A stretch of DNA of 59,813 nucleotides, filler included, from Asterionella formosa (lineage: Eukaryota), in the NCBI GenBank assembly GCA_002256025.1. It is 6 parts of 6 records of this genome, joined end to end, with 100 filler letters (N's around TTAATTAATTAA, not from the genome) between each part and the next. Parts side by side here need not be neighbours in the genome. Positions count along the whole stretch, not along the records: positions 20,019 to 29,915 come from NKIB01010093.1; positions 30,016 to 39,885 come from NKIB01010114.1; 4 more parts are not named here. One strand, 5' to 3'. Below the pieces are notes generated by a model that did not search any database, was not told the DNA's origin, and saw nothing but the letters and a program-made list of their open reading frames with translations. Below, in pieces: positions 24,344 to 35,066 of this stretch (within the stretch, counting starts at the first letter, position 1; each line of letters starts with the position of its first letter). A program made the position numbers and the translations under genes.

Positions 24344-25093
24344 CCTGGGCAGAGGGAGGGGCGCTGGAGACGAGCTATCGCAAGGGGAAGCACTATTTTA
24401 TTCTTTTTGTTTGTTTGTCATCAACTCAGCCATGAAGGTACCTGGTACCAGCGTTGACTTGCTGTGCAACAGAATCCAAAAAATGCTCAGAAGATACCAC
24501 CGGTGTCAATTTGCTTATTCCATTTTATTTTGCTTATACATAGTATATACCTACCGGGGTATATCGGTATTCATAGACCACCAGTTGATTTGGTGATCAC
24601 AGGAGAAGCCCTAAAAAAACAAGCCCTTAACATTTCGTCGCTGCCAGGCGGAGAAGAGATACCTGGTTCCTGGTACCGTTCATACTGTCCATTTGAAATC
24701 AGTAAATGAACTAAGCAATTGTTTTGAAATCTAGAGAATGATTTTTGTCCCTAAAATGAAATTAGGTTTTCTGATATATTCCGCCTATTTACCGTAATCC
24801 TTTGTAGGCTAAGTGTTCATCTCCACAAAATCACTTTTTCCATCTGTTGGTTCTAAAGAACTGCCCCATAAAGAATAAAAACTCAATGTTTGTTTCAAGG
24901 CCTGTAAATACCTTTCAATCTTGGGACTTTGTCGAATACATTAGCTGGTAAGCAAGTAAGAAAGAATGGAAGGTATGATTTAAATTGAATACAATTTTTC
25001 GGTATTGATTCTTCAATATATGGCATATAGTATATTGGATCATTGTGAAGCATATATTGGTGTCAGGTATATTGGGAGACTAACTGAACTTTC

Positions 25094-26218
25094 CTATTTC
25101 CCCTCAGCGTAGAGTTGGTCTCGAATTTCCAAGTATTCTCCTCCCATGAGCTCCATTATTTCTGTCCACAATGGCTTGGCACGGCGAGTTCCCATTCGAT
25201 CCCTTGGCTTAAAGAGAACTTCTTTGTTTACAGAGGCTACAAACCAAATCCCTTCTTGTACCTCCTTTTCAAGTTGGAGAGGCATCCACCTCGTGGACTG
25301 AACAAAGAACTTGAAATCAAAGCCAGTAAAAACCCGATTCAAGCTTGCATCACTCATAGCCTCTTGGGCCTGGGCGGGATCCCCTCCCCAGAAGAGACCG
25401 TCAGGAGTAAGTTTCTTGGCCCCTTCCACAGTGGGGCATAGATGAAGCATATCCAAACCACTTGCTTGTGACGAACTTTCTTCTGTTCCTCCAGGTGACG
25501 TTCCTCCAAACCATAGTGGCTGTATCATAAAGGCACCCAGTTTCGGAGCTTGTATTGTTCCGTCTTCGGAGGATTGCTGCTCCAAATCTCCTAGGAGGTA
25601 ACCAGTTCTTCGATTCATCAGGACAGCATGAGATCCTCGGAGCGGGTGCTTCTCCAATAAGCAGAGAACTGGCAAAAGGTCAGCTCGTCTATCAGGGCCC
25701 AAATCTGCAGGTGGTGGCAACGTTAGACCGAACTTCGAGAGCAGGGTTGGACTGGGAGACTTGTTCCCAAAGTCCCTACAAAACTTGGCTGGATTTGCGA
25801 CCAGCACAACACCTCCTTCAATTAGACTAACAGGCTTGGCGAAGTCTGTGCTGACCTGGTCTTTTTTGGTTGCAAAACTAATCAGATCGTCAATATTAAT
25901 GGACACTTCTGCCGACTCCACAGGTTTGTCTTTCTCCGAAGTAATGCTCCCAGAAGCGTCGGCCACCAAATTTTCCATTCGATTTCTAAAGCTGGCAAGC
26001 ACTGATTCATCGTACTCCTCATCGTCATCGTCGTCATCCTCGTCATCGTCGAAGTCCTCGTCCTGGTCAAAATCTGAATAGGACGACATGGTCAATTGCG
26101 AATGCAGGCTTCGGAGGTGATACATCTGGAAAGATGCTGTATGTGCACAAAAAGAAGTCACAATAGAGAGATAGCTGATCGCTATCAGAAGCGACACGAC
26201 CAGCGAATTTGGGACCAT
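25094..26218 (-). CDS. YqgE/AlgH (DUF179) family protein, probably plastid-targeted
   Basis: GVVLVANP, GSHAVLMNRRT, PLWFGG, FKFFVQSTRWMPLQLEKEVQEGIWFV, LWTEIMELMGGEY; signal peptide VTS-F plus acidic tract; ATG at 26218 preferred over the TTG start. Confidence 0.8.
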   Translation of the reverse strand: MVPNSLVVSLLIAISYLSIVTSFCAHTASFQMYHLRSLHSQLTMSSYSDFDQDEDFDDDEDDDDDDEEYDESVLASFRNRMENLVADASGSITSEKDKPVESAEVSINIDDLISFATKKDQVSTDFAKPVSLIEGGVVLVANPAKFCRDFGNKSPSPTLLSKFGLTLPPPADLGPDRRADLLPVLCLLEKHPLRGSHAVLMNRRTGYLLGDLEQQSSEDGTIQAPKLGAFMIQPLWFGGTSPGGTEESSSQASGLDMLHLCPTVEGAKKLTPDGLFWGGDPAQAQEAMSDASLNRVFTGFDFKFFVQSTRWMPLQLEKEVQEGIWFVASVNKEVLFKPRDRMGTRRAKPLWTEIMELMGGEYLEIRDQLYAEGK

Positions 26219-26286
26219 TTTTTTTGTCCCTCTTCGTGCGACAAGCAAATTTATTCACTTCAATGCTGTTGTAAATGCGGAAGAAG

Positions 26287-26306
26287 AATGAATGAATGAA
26301 TGAATG
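26287..26306 (+). repeat. (AATG)n microsatellite
   Basis: aatgaatgaatgaatgaatg. Confidence 0.85.
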
Positions 26307-26998
26307 ATTGCTACAATCAATCAAGGAATAGATGAGTAGTTGCTGGCTCAGTCCAATCTTTCTTGCCTTTCTTTGGTTCACTCCAGGGAATACCGGTACT
26401 CGTTTAGACTGCCGGTAAAATTGCTAGACCGAAGTATAATACCGGTATTTTTGTTTTAGTTGTATCGGCAGGCATTCACCGCAGCATTGCTTGGACGAGC
26501 AGCATTTTGTTACATCCATAGCTCACTTACGTATGTACCACGAGTTCCGGTATGTATGATGACCTCTTGTTCAATACAATTACTGGTACACTAAGGCCGT
26601 TGCTAACGGTGGACCAAAACCAAAACCAAACAGTGTTTAGGTTTCGGTAACCCTAAAAAACCATGCTAAATAAGTAGTTCAGGTTTATTTCCTGGTAGAT
26701 TTATCTATCGTAGTGTAATTAATATACTGGTATATGTATCTAATCTTAGCAGAGGAATATTGCAGCATACCTCTGATAAAGTCATTCATTGGTGAAGATC
26801 AACAGTACCAGGTACCAGGTACCAGGGTACCTGGTAGTATGTTGGAAGATACACATGTCCAACACGTATATATGTGCCAGTACTTCGATATATGGATTTA
26901 TGACAGACAGCATACTACTCCTTCCTGCAGTATGCTAACCCAGCAAGGAATAAAATGAATTTATAGAGCGTACATTAGTAGAATTAAACAATTGGTAA

Positions 26999-27072
26999 CT
27001 GTATTTCTGTGTCCGGCGGCGTATGCTTTTGTCGTGATATGTTCAGCGCTTGTTTATATTTTGGTTACTAAA
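26999..27072 (+). repeat. Second copy of the interspersed repeat end at 7322-7400
   Basis: ctgtatttctgtgtccggcggcgtatgcttttgtcgtgatatgttcagcgctt versus ctgtatttctctgcgtccggcggcatgtgctttcgtcgtgatgttttcagtgctt. Confidence 0.85.
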
Positions 27073-27688
27073 TAAATCTAATCTAAATGGTATATATATT
27101 AGACTACGGATATATGTACATAATAACGGTATCAGTACTAAGCAAAATGCTTATTTTTTCGCTTTTTTCCATGGATCCCAGGTGTGTGTGGGGGGGGGGG
27201 GGTTGGGGGGGGGGGGGGGTTTTTTTTATTTTTTTATTTGATTACCTGGTCAGCTACCATGGTGTTACTGCTTTCCGTAATGGAACTAACGACATAACTG
27301 CTAAACATCAGAATGCCATAACTCTGCAAAAAAAGATTTAAAGAGATACAAAGCAAAATACTGAAAGAGAAAGTCATGAAACTTTTTAATACCAAGCCCA
27401 AAGCAAGCGTCGAACTGGCACCAAAATCCCTCTCATGGTTCGTCTTGCCGTAATGAACAATGCAGTGGTTATTTTGACGTAAGTCTGCGAGCGAGCGAAG
27501 GAAGTTACTAGATGTGGCATGTGGCATGAAATTGTGGTATAGAAAAAAATCCTAGTCCAACTTGGGCAAAGTTGAATCCAGCAGTTTAGCTAATTGTAAA
27601 CCATCACAAACATTTCTTATTTGCATTTTCTCTGTACGACCCTGACTTGGTTGGACTGCACATTTTTTGAGACTCACGCAAAATCATA

Positions 27689-28426
27689 TCACACTTCATT
27701 TACCTCGGACGTCACCATTTTTAAAGCCGATCTGGTCATTTCCTCGGTCTCCTTATTGTCCCTCGTTCCTGAATTAACAGTATGCGATTCTTGTTCTCCA
27801 CAAAATTGGAAAACATTGGTCTCCAACGCTTTCGCAAAGTAATGGCGGACGAACTTGATTTTACCCTGATCGTCCTCCTTGTATACCTTTGCTGCTGCAT
27901 TGGATAACTTGTCCCAGAGAATTTGATACATATTCAATGAATAGTGTTCCTGGTTGAATGTTGAGCCAGTTCCGTTCCCAGGCGAAAGAAAGTTTGATGC
28001 CAAGGATGCTTTGTTCGGTGTGGAACGCAGGGATGGTAGTTGGGATAGCTGTCGTCTCTTCTTGAGCCGGTCTTGGGCTACCAATGCTTCATCAGAAGGA
28101 AAGCGAAGCCGTTTGGCTCGTAGGTCGGCCATGGCGGCAGCTTGGGCCATAAATCGCATTCGCGTTTGCTCCTCCATGACAGCTCGTTGATTCCAAAAAG
28201 CCATTTCATAGAATGAAGGACCTCCCATCATGGGAACTCCAAAGCCATAGGGAGGAACTCTTTCCATCATTCCAGCTCGAAGTGCGGGGTCGAATGCAGA
28301 AGGTCCAACTCGCTTTCTCTTTGACGAACCAATTCTAGTTGAAGAATCCTCGTTCTGCTCGCCACTGGCGCGTGGAAGCTCAGCAATACTTTCTTCATTG
28401 ATCTTCGATCTATCTGCTGGTGCCAT
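27689..28426 (-). CDS. Hypothetical protein, possibly nuclear
   Basis: 245 aa from the first ATG, gene-like GC content, basic NLS-like runs (KRKR, KKRR); no recognised domain. Confidence 0.6.
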   Translation of the reverse strand: MAPADRSKINEESIAELPRASGEQNEDSSTRIGSSKRKRVGPSAFDPALRAGMMERVPPYGFGVPMMGGPSFYEMAFWNQRAVMEEQTRMRFMAQAAAMADLRAKRLRFPSDEALVAQDRLKKRRQLSQLPSLRSTPNKASLASNFLSPGNGTGSTFNQEHYSLNMYQILWDKLSNAAAKVYKEDDQGKIKFVRHYFAKALETNVFQFCGEQESHTVNSGTRDNKETEEMTRSALKMVTSEVNEV

Positions 28427-29915
28427 GCTTCTCGTCTTTGCTGAGGATATAGGGTGCGAGCAGAGTAAGGGATCCCCCAAATGATGAGCGATATCTTGTT
28501 GCCTAAATCTAATGGGAAAAGATGGAGAAACGGAAGATTATGTTTGACCGACGTGCCGGTTTTTCATGCTGCAGTCAGAGCTGGCTGTTGTTGTATACAT
28601 ACAATCATAATTTATTTATGTATAAAGCGGGTGCCTGATACACTAGGTACCAGGTACGAGGTACGAGGTACTCCACCTGTTGTATGAGGTACCTGGTACA
28701 TGATACCAGGTAACAACCGGAGTTAAAAACTTAAAGATACCGCATGAAAAGAGATTTTTGAACTTGTAAAGGCCACAGCTAAATAACCGGAGAAAACGCA
28801 CGGTTTGAACTTAGCTTGCAAGATACGCTGCCGGCATTCCTACTGTCACGAACGAGTTGTGGTCCAGATTTTAAATAGCGAGTGAATACTTACGTACGCA
28901 CTGGTATTGTTGCATTGTTTACATTATTACCGGTAGCTGTCGTCGACGCGAAATTGCGAAAAACAGATATTTTCACATTGCTTGTATTTACTCTCAGCTA
29001 CTCGGAGTACCGGTACTATGGAGCTGGCATCGCCTTTGTATGCATGAGTACAGTTACAAGGAAAAATAATGTACAAGGTACTTTGCATGAGTACATGTAA
29101 CAGGAAAGATATTGTAACGCACAGGGAAGGCAATGGTACTACTGGTACCGTACTTTTTTTCATGTATTCAGCGTACCGGTACCTAGTCCCCGTACCGGTA
29201 GTCACACCAGCTCCGATATTTTCCGACTAACTGCCCCTATTTATTATTAAAAAATTATTCCGAACCGAATGGTGTCGTGTCTATAATACCGGTATATGTT
29301 ATTTCTTCTTAAGTACCTGGTACCAGGTACTCTGCTTCTCAGGTATGTAGTCTAGAATTAAGTACCCTGGTACCGGTAGGTGAACGCACCTGACCACGAT
29401 TCTTTTTGGTGCGTTTTCGCATCGTGGCCCGATTGGAATGGTTGCTCTGGACCCCCCCCCCTTTTTCGTTGACCCTTCGCCATACATAAGTACTGTAGAA
29501 GAATTTAACAGCAGAAGAGCGACAGTACATAACCGATTGCTGCTCGACCTCCAAAGGGAGGCTGATGAGACCGTCAAGATGAATGACCAGCTCATCATAA
29601 ATCCGGGTCTGCACAAACGTTAGCTACCGGTATATTATTCCACGTCTGTAGAACGAAATATTATTTGTCCAGATACGCATGCTCGTCAGTTTATTCAGCT
29701 TTGGTAGTACTACCGTAAATACCGGAAGTTAAGCACCGGGAATTGTGCACAAAATTTGTGAAATGGAGCTTATCTTCCGAAATTTTATGGAGTCTCGATG
29801 TTCAAGATACGAGATTCCCATATTGCAAAGCAGGAATAAAAACGGGGTTCAGTTGAGCACTGAAGTCGAGCGAATTGGACGCGCCACAGACAGAAACACG
29901 CGCCAAGATCAAGCA

Positions 29916-30015
29916 NNNNNNNNNNNNNNNNNNNNNNNNNNNNNNNNNNNNNNNNNNNNTTAATTAATTAANNNNNNNNNNNNNNNNNNNNNNNNNNNNN
30001 NNNNNNNNNNNNNNN
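29916..30015. other. Artificial scaffold linker
   Basis: N44-TTAATTAATTAA-N44. Confidence 0.97.
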
Positions 30016-32038
30016 ACTGCCAAACCGTTCGATATTTCGGACAGTATGCATCTGCTGATGAAACTTTGTCATTTTCCAGCCTTGCTCTGTCGTTTCTCTT
30101 GGGAAAATCTTGACTAATTTTGTGTAGTACTTGACAATGGATTGACAATCAATTTCCATCAATCGATGTACGTCATAACTTTCTTGGCTGAACCAGGAAT
30201 TATAACAAACCATGCCCTCGAAAATTATTTGGATGTCTTTTATTTCCTGCATTGACATTCCAACCTTATCCTTGCAAAGCTTGATTCCGGCGTCTGTAGC
30301 CATTACCAAACAAGCAACAAGCATTACTCCAACGGTTTCATTTCCTGTTATCTTTGGAAAACATCCATGGAATCCACCATGAAAATTGCACCTTGGCATA
30401 TCCCGATCGCTTTGATGTTGCATCATCTTTGACACTTTTATGAATAATGTATCAAAAGCGGTTCTATTTTTCAACCCCTGAGCAGAGGTAACAGTGCCGA
30501 ACTTTACCGAGAACAGAAGAATGAGATAACGCATCATTCCCTCATGTATTGAGTGCAACTTTTCAGGAGGGCAATGGCCATTGATTCCCAATGGATCTCC
30601 ACCAAAATCCAGCGCATACCAGCAAGGTGTAATAAAACGTTGTGACACGGCATCCATTAGTGTTTTGTCGTTCATTCCTAATAGGGCAGCATAACCCACT
30701 TGCCCTACTGGAGAGCATTTGATTGATGGTTTATCTAATTTGTCGTATGAACAATCACATTCCCAACAGAGACGAAAAGCTTTCAGGTAATATTTAATCC
30801 TCCCACACTGATTGTCCAATCCTTCCGCATCGCCAAGCACCAACCCGACCGGTACCTTTACAACCAGGCTATGCTGTTTGCCATGGAAATTGAAATTATA
30901 CTTGAACCCACCAGATTTCTGAGTCTCTTGAACTCCCGACAATATAATTGCCAAATTTGTATGATAATCCTTGCACTTATTGTTGGCAGTCATATTTTTG
31001 TTCATTGCAAGACTCTGACCATCAAATTTTGGTATTAGACCAAGGGGGCGCCAAGCAATGACTTTGTTCCTTACAGTTGTACGGAAAATCCCAAGAGAAA
31101 ACAAAACTGGCTCCATGGTGAATTTAGAATTTTCTACAGTATGTGTTCTATCAATGAAAAACATGAGAGGGACGAGAAAATCATTGGGTTGAATGCACAG
31201 ACAGTTGTGAGCGTCAATCCACCAACTCCCGGTGTGTAATTCTGAACAAACATCAGACGGTTGTGGAGCCTTGCATGGATCAGAAAAATCAAATGAAACA
31301 TTATTGGGATGCATTAATCTGGGATTGGAAAGTAAGCTCTTGATTGCAACAAGAAAATCAAAGCAAACAACGTCGACACTTCTACCACAGTGGAGGGTGA
31401 CTGCCTTAACACATGGCTTTTGGTCTTCCATCTCAAACCGGGTTAACAGATCTTTCAGATATGTGTTTCGACGTTGAGGAATAGCTTCTAAAATCGTCAT
31501 TCCTGCCATTTGAGAAGAGACATGCCATTTAAGAATTGCATCATAAAGATATAATGGTGACCTACTACCAAGTAAAATGCTTAGTAGCTCCGTTTTTACA
31601 ACATCCTTTTGTGTGTAGATTGTACCTGGATCTTCTTGGCAAAATCGGAAGTTGGTAAGGGTTTACAATGTCGTTTATTTCTCCGTTCTGAATGATTGGA
31701 CTATTAATAGCAGCAGTAGCAGCAGCATCATGATCTACTAAACTATCAAGGAATAAACCATTATCATAGTCATCGGCATCAAAACAAAACTGTTTGAACG
31801 AAATCAATGGCTGGTGGCGATTGTTTCAGGAATTTTGCAAGGGTTCTTGAGAGTGGTGTCGTCCATCTCTTGGCGAAGTCGCTACCATTGATGATGTCTG
31901 CGATGCTTGAATCTGAGATTGAATCATATATTGTTGCCCACACGAGGGGCTGTGTCTGTGATGACCATGAATTGATTTAAAAGGACCATTACCACAGAAT
32001 TGACATTTGTCCTTGTCGTTATTGTCACACAGATCCAT
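30016..32038 (-). mobile_element. Plavaka-type (CACTA/CMC-related) transposase gene; 3'-truncated by the scaffold end, with two apparent 5' frameshifts
   Basis: C2HC zinc finger CQFC...HHRHSPSC (31826-32038), SPLYLYDAILKW, SELHTGSWW, LVPLMFFIDRTH, EPVLFSLG, AWRPLGLIP, LVLGDAEGLDNQCG, KFHQQMHTVRNIERFGS; frame changes near 31830 and 31650. Confidence 0.82.
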
Positions 32039-32489
32039 GATATTTGCTGTCGTTGCAGTGCTGTGTTGGCGAGAGAAAAATAAGAATAACCGGTAGCTAA
32101 AATTTGCTTAGCAAGCAAGCATCAGTATCAGTCTCTAATGTGCTTTAGGCTTCTGGATTGGTAACTGGCAAACAATACTACCATCCTCGTCAGTAGACAT
32201 AATTCCACCAGTGTTGATTTTGAGTAATAATAATCACGTAAAAAATTGGGTTGCCTACCACTGGCTAGTAGTACAGTTACCTAGTAACGGTAATAACCTA
32301 CATAACATGAAAACTGGGAAGAGGGAGCTTTTTTACCGGAAAGTGTGAGTTCTTCATGTGATGTGTACAACCGTAAAACTTTGATCTCAGATGGATGACA
32401 TTAGACACCACAAATATCCTTACTATTTCATTAAGTAAAATGCGTGTTGTGAATGTATTAGCCTCAAGAGCAGGATTTTAGTTGAACTT

Positions 32490-32864
32490 TCAAATGAATT
32501 ATTTGAAACGTCAACTAATTCAGTCTCGCATTCAAAATTCATTGTGAAAACTTCACATGAAACAGTTAAAAATTCACATGAAATCGTTAAAAGTAATCTT
32601 TTTACGTGAAGAGTGGCATTAATTCATGTGAAGTACCACATAATTAACACTCGTGCGTAGACGAAATTTCGAAAAGTCAAATGCATTATTTGAAACATCA
32701 ACTAATTCAGTCTCGCGTTCAAAATTCATTGCGAAAACTTCACATGAAACAGTTAAAACTTCACATGAAACCGTTAAAAGTAATCTTTTTTACGTGAAGA
32801 GTGGCATTAATGCATGTGAAGTACCACATAATTACCACTCATACATAGACGAAATTTCGAAAAG
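32490..32864. repeat. Tandem duplication, 187 bp x2, rich in TTCACATGAA-like palindromes
   Basis: Units 32490-32676 and 32677-32864 differ by about 11 substitutions and 1 indel; upstream of the Plavaka gene, likely subterminal repeats. Confidence 0.92.
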
Positions 32865-34292
32865 TGGCGTATTTCGCGGCTTAGATGTATCAGACAACCC
32901 TCCTTCATATTTCGATTGCAACACGTTGAGAAACACCAAAATAGTCCTGTTTCTAAATGTAAATGAGAAATAAACTAAATATTAGCTCATTCACTTTGGG
33001 GGACTCGGATGCAGCTGTTTTGTCATTAAAACTCTCTATCACACAAGGCACAGATTTCGATTTCATTTCATAATCAATCTGCCAGCGGCGGCACAAGCTG
33101 TATTCATATTTGATCCGATTAAAGCCAACATTGTCAGTGACCAACGATGGCAAGATTATGCAACTCAAATCAATGATATTATTATAATTAAAATGAACAA
33201 GAGGAGGCATAACAAACGGGAGGATGCATTGCTATGAAAATTCATCTGCTAAAAATTATAGTTAAATTTTTATTTTATGTCAGATATGTAATTTAAAATA
33301 ATAAGAATATCACAGCGCAATGACGATATTATACATCAAATCACGAAGGAATATTTGTGATATAATAATTTTGTCACAAATTAATTTGGTATTTCGAAGC
33401 CCGCCCACTAACTGTTGGAAAATGGCGACCTCATGGCCGTGGGACTGAAAATCCGGGTGCCGACGTTGGCACATTGGTAACTAGGAGAGAAGATTCAACA
33501 GCAACCTGGTCTGAGGTGATGCATGGAGGCAAAAACCATCAAACCGAAGTAGATGAAAATGTTTTTTTGATCATTGTCATGAAACAATCCAGTTAGTAAG
33601 AACGAAGTTTAATTTGACTTCCCTTTTGCTACCAACATTATCAACTACACCTGCTCAGTGAGGTTCCGGGTTCAGTGGCTATGGTACGTTGGGGAGAGTA
33701 GTAGTTTTTATTGGAACACTAACAAGGGGGGCAACAAACAGAAAAAAGGAGCAGCTTTGTCTTCTTTTCATACACCGGTAAAATATACACATACCGGTAG
33801 TACCTGGTACCTGGGTGGTACAGGAGAAGCGCATTCGACTGTGGAAGGTCCGGTAATCGAGATATTTAGCTTTTTTTCTTTTCACAAGTGAAAAAGTGTT
33901 TTGCCAGACCTTCCTTGGGGGTAAATATATGAGTTTGACATGCTGAGGGGAATCTTGTCATTGGGCGCCCTCTGGAAATAAAAAGAATATTTATCATGAG
34001 TGTATAATAACTATTAAAACATAAATTGTTGTACTCATAACCCGGAGATGCAAACCAGAGTTACCAAATTTGGTTAACACTGACACAAACTTTTTACAGT
34101 TGTGAAATAATAGTGTATTTTATCTATGTATGACTGTAAATAATTTCCCAGAATATTTCATGACTTGCTTGCTCATATCCGAAATGGCTTGCTTGCCTCG
34201 CTCTCCAAAATAGGGATGCATAACATATGCATATTTTTACACATTAATCAACCTCCTCAATACATCAATCCTCATCTCTTTTAATTTCGACG

Positions 34293-35066
34293 ATGTCTTC
34301 ATCCTCTTCCTGTCAAAGGAGGCAGGCTAGCCAGAGATGGTTTCCCTTCCTCTCCAAGGCTCCTAGAATGAAAAGGAAGAGGTGGACAAGGATGAAGATG
34401 AAGATGGCACAGCCAGCGATGATGACGGTAGGATTGGTAGTTCTTGTGAATCTCAGATTGGTTTCTCCCAGTCGTCATCAACAGGAAATGGCAATGAATC
34501 TTCATGCCAAAGAAGTGTTACTACAAGTAGCCGAAACAGTTGCAAGAAGAAGAAGAAGTGGTGGCATCAACAGCAGGAGAAATCTTACGCCAGTTTTTTC
34601 TAGGGCACGCCGCAATCTACAAAGTCGGGGTCAACAGTTTCGACTCAATGAGGTTATTTCATTGTTAGATTCTGTTTTGAGTCATCTGCCAATCAGATCC
34701 CATGCTGCTGAACACACCGAAAAATTTCCAGACATGGACCAAACTGGGACTTCAATTTGGCAACAAGTTTCTCGGCTCCACAAGGTAAAAAAACCAACAT
34801 GTGACCCAACTTGTCCTGCTGAGGTCAGGAACACAAAACAAGCATTTCGAAAAATAGAAGGAAGAGCAGATGCAAGTGGAGTGGTTGGTTCATCTGACTT
34901 TGGTATAGATTTTGATGATGACGTAATGGAAATTTCTCAGGACAATGAAGACAACGATGATGAACCTCAGGAAACTTCAACTACTAATAAAGCTGAAACT
35001 TCTGCAGAATCAAATGGAGCAAATTCAACTGCAGCGGCTGTAAAGTATGCTGGTTTCACTAGTTAA
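34293..35066 (+). pseudogene. Myb-like (DUF6818-like) transposon-associated protein, degenerate
   Basis: SRGQQFRLNEVISLLDSVLSHLP...RLHKVKKPTCDPTCPAEVRNTKQAFRKI matches the F...E...LL.....LP...KPTGDP.CP..V..AK pattern; lacks the W-containing helix present in the copy at 49951-50130. Confidence 0.55.

Noticed and set aside
26635..26670. TAACCCTAA as a telomerase RNA template or telomeric repeat
   Set aside because: A single short match with no tandem array or supporting structure
26800..26840. Tandem gtaccag units and similar motif runs as a CRISPR array
   Set aside because: No constant 25-40 bp repeat with unique spacers, no cas genes, and a eukaryotic context
27188..27240. Poly-G tract as a functional G-quadruplex
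   Set aside because: Homopolymer of unreliable length next to a repeat remnant, with no further support
29555..29620. CTGATGA-GACC...GGTC as a hammerhead ribozyme
   Set aside because: The required GAAA after stem II and matching stems I/III are absent
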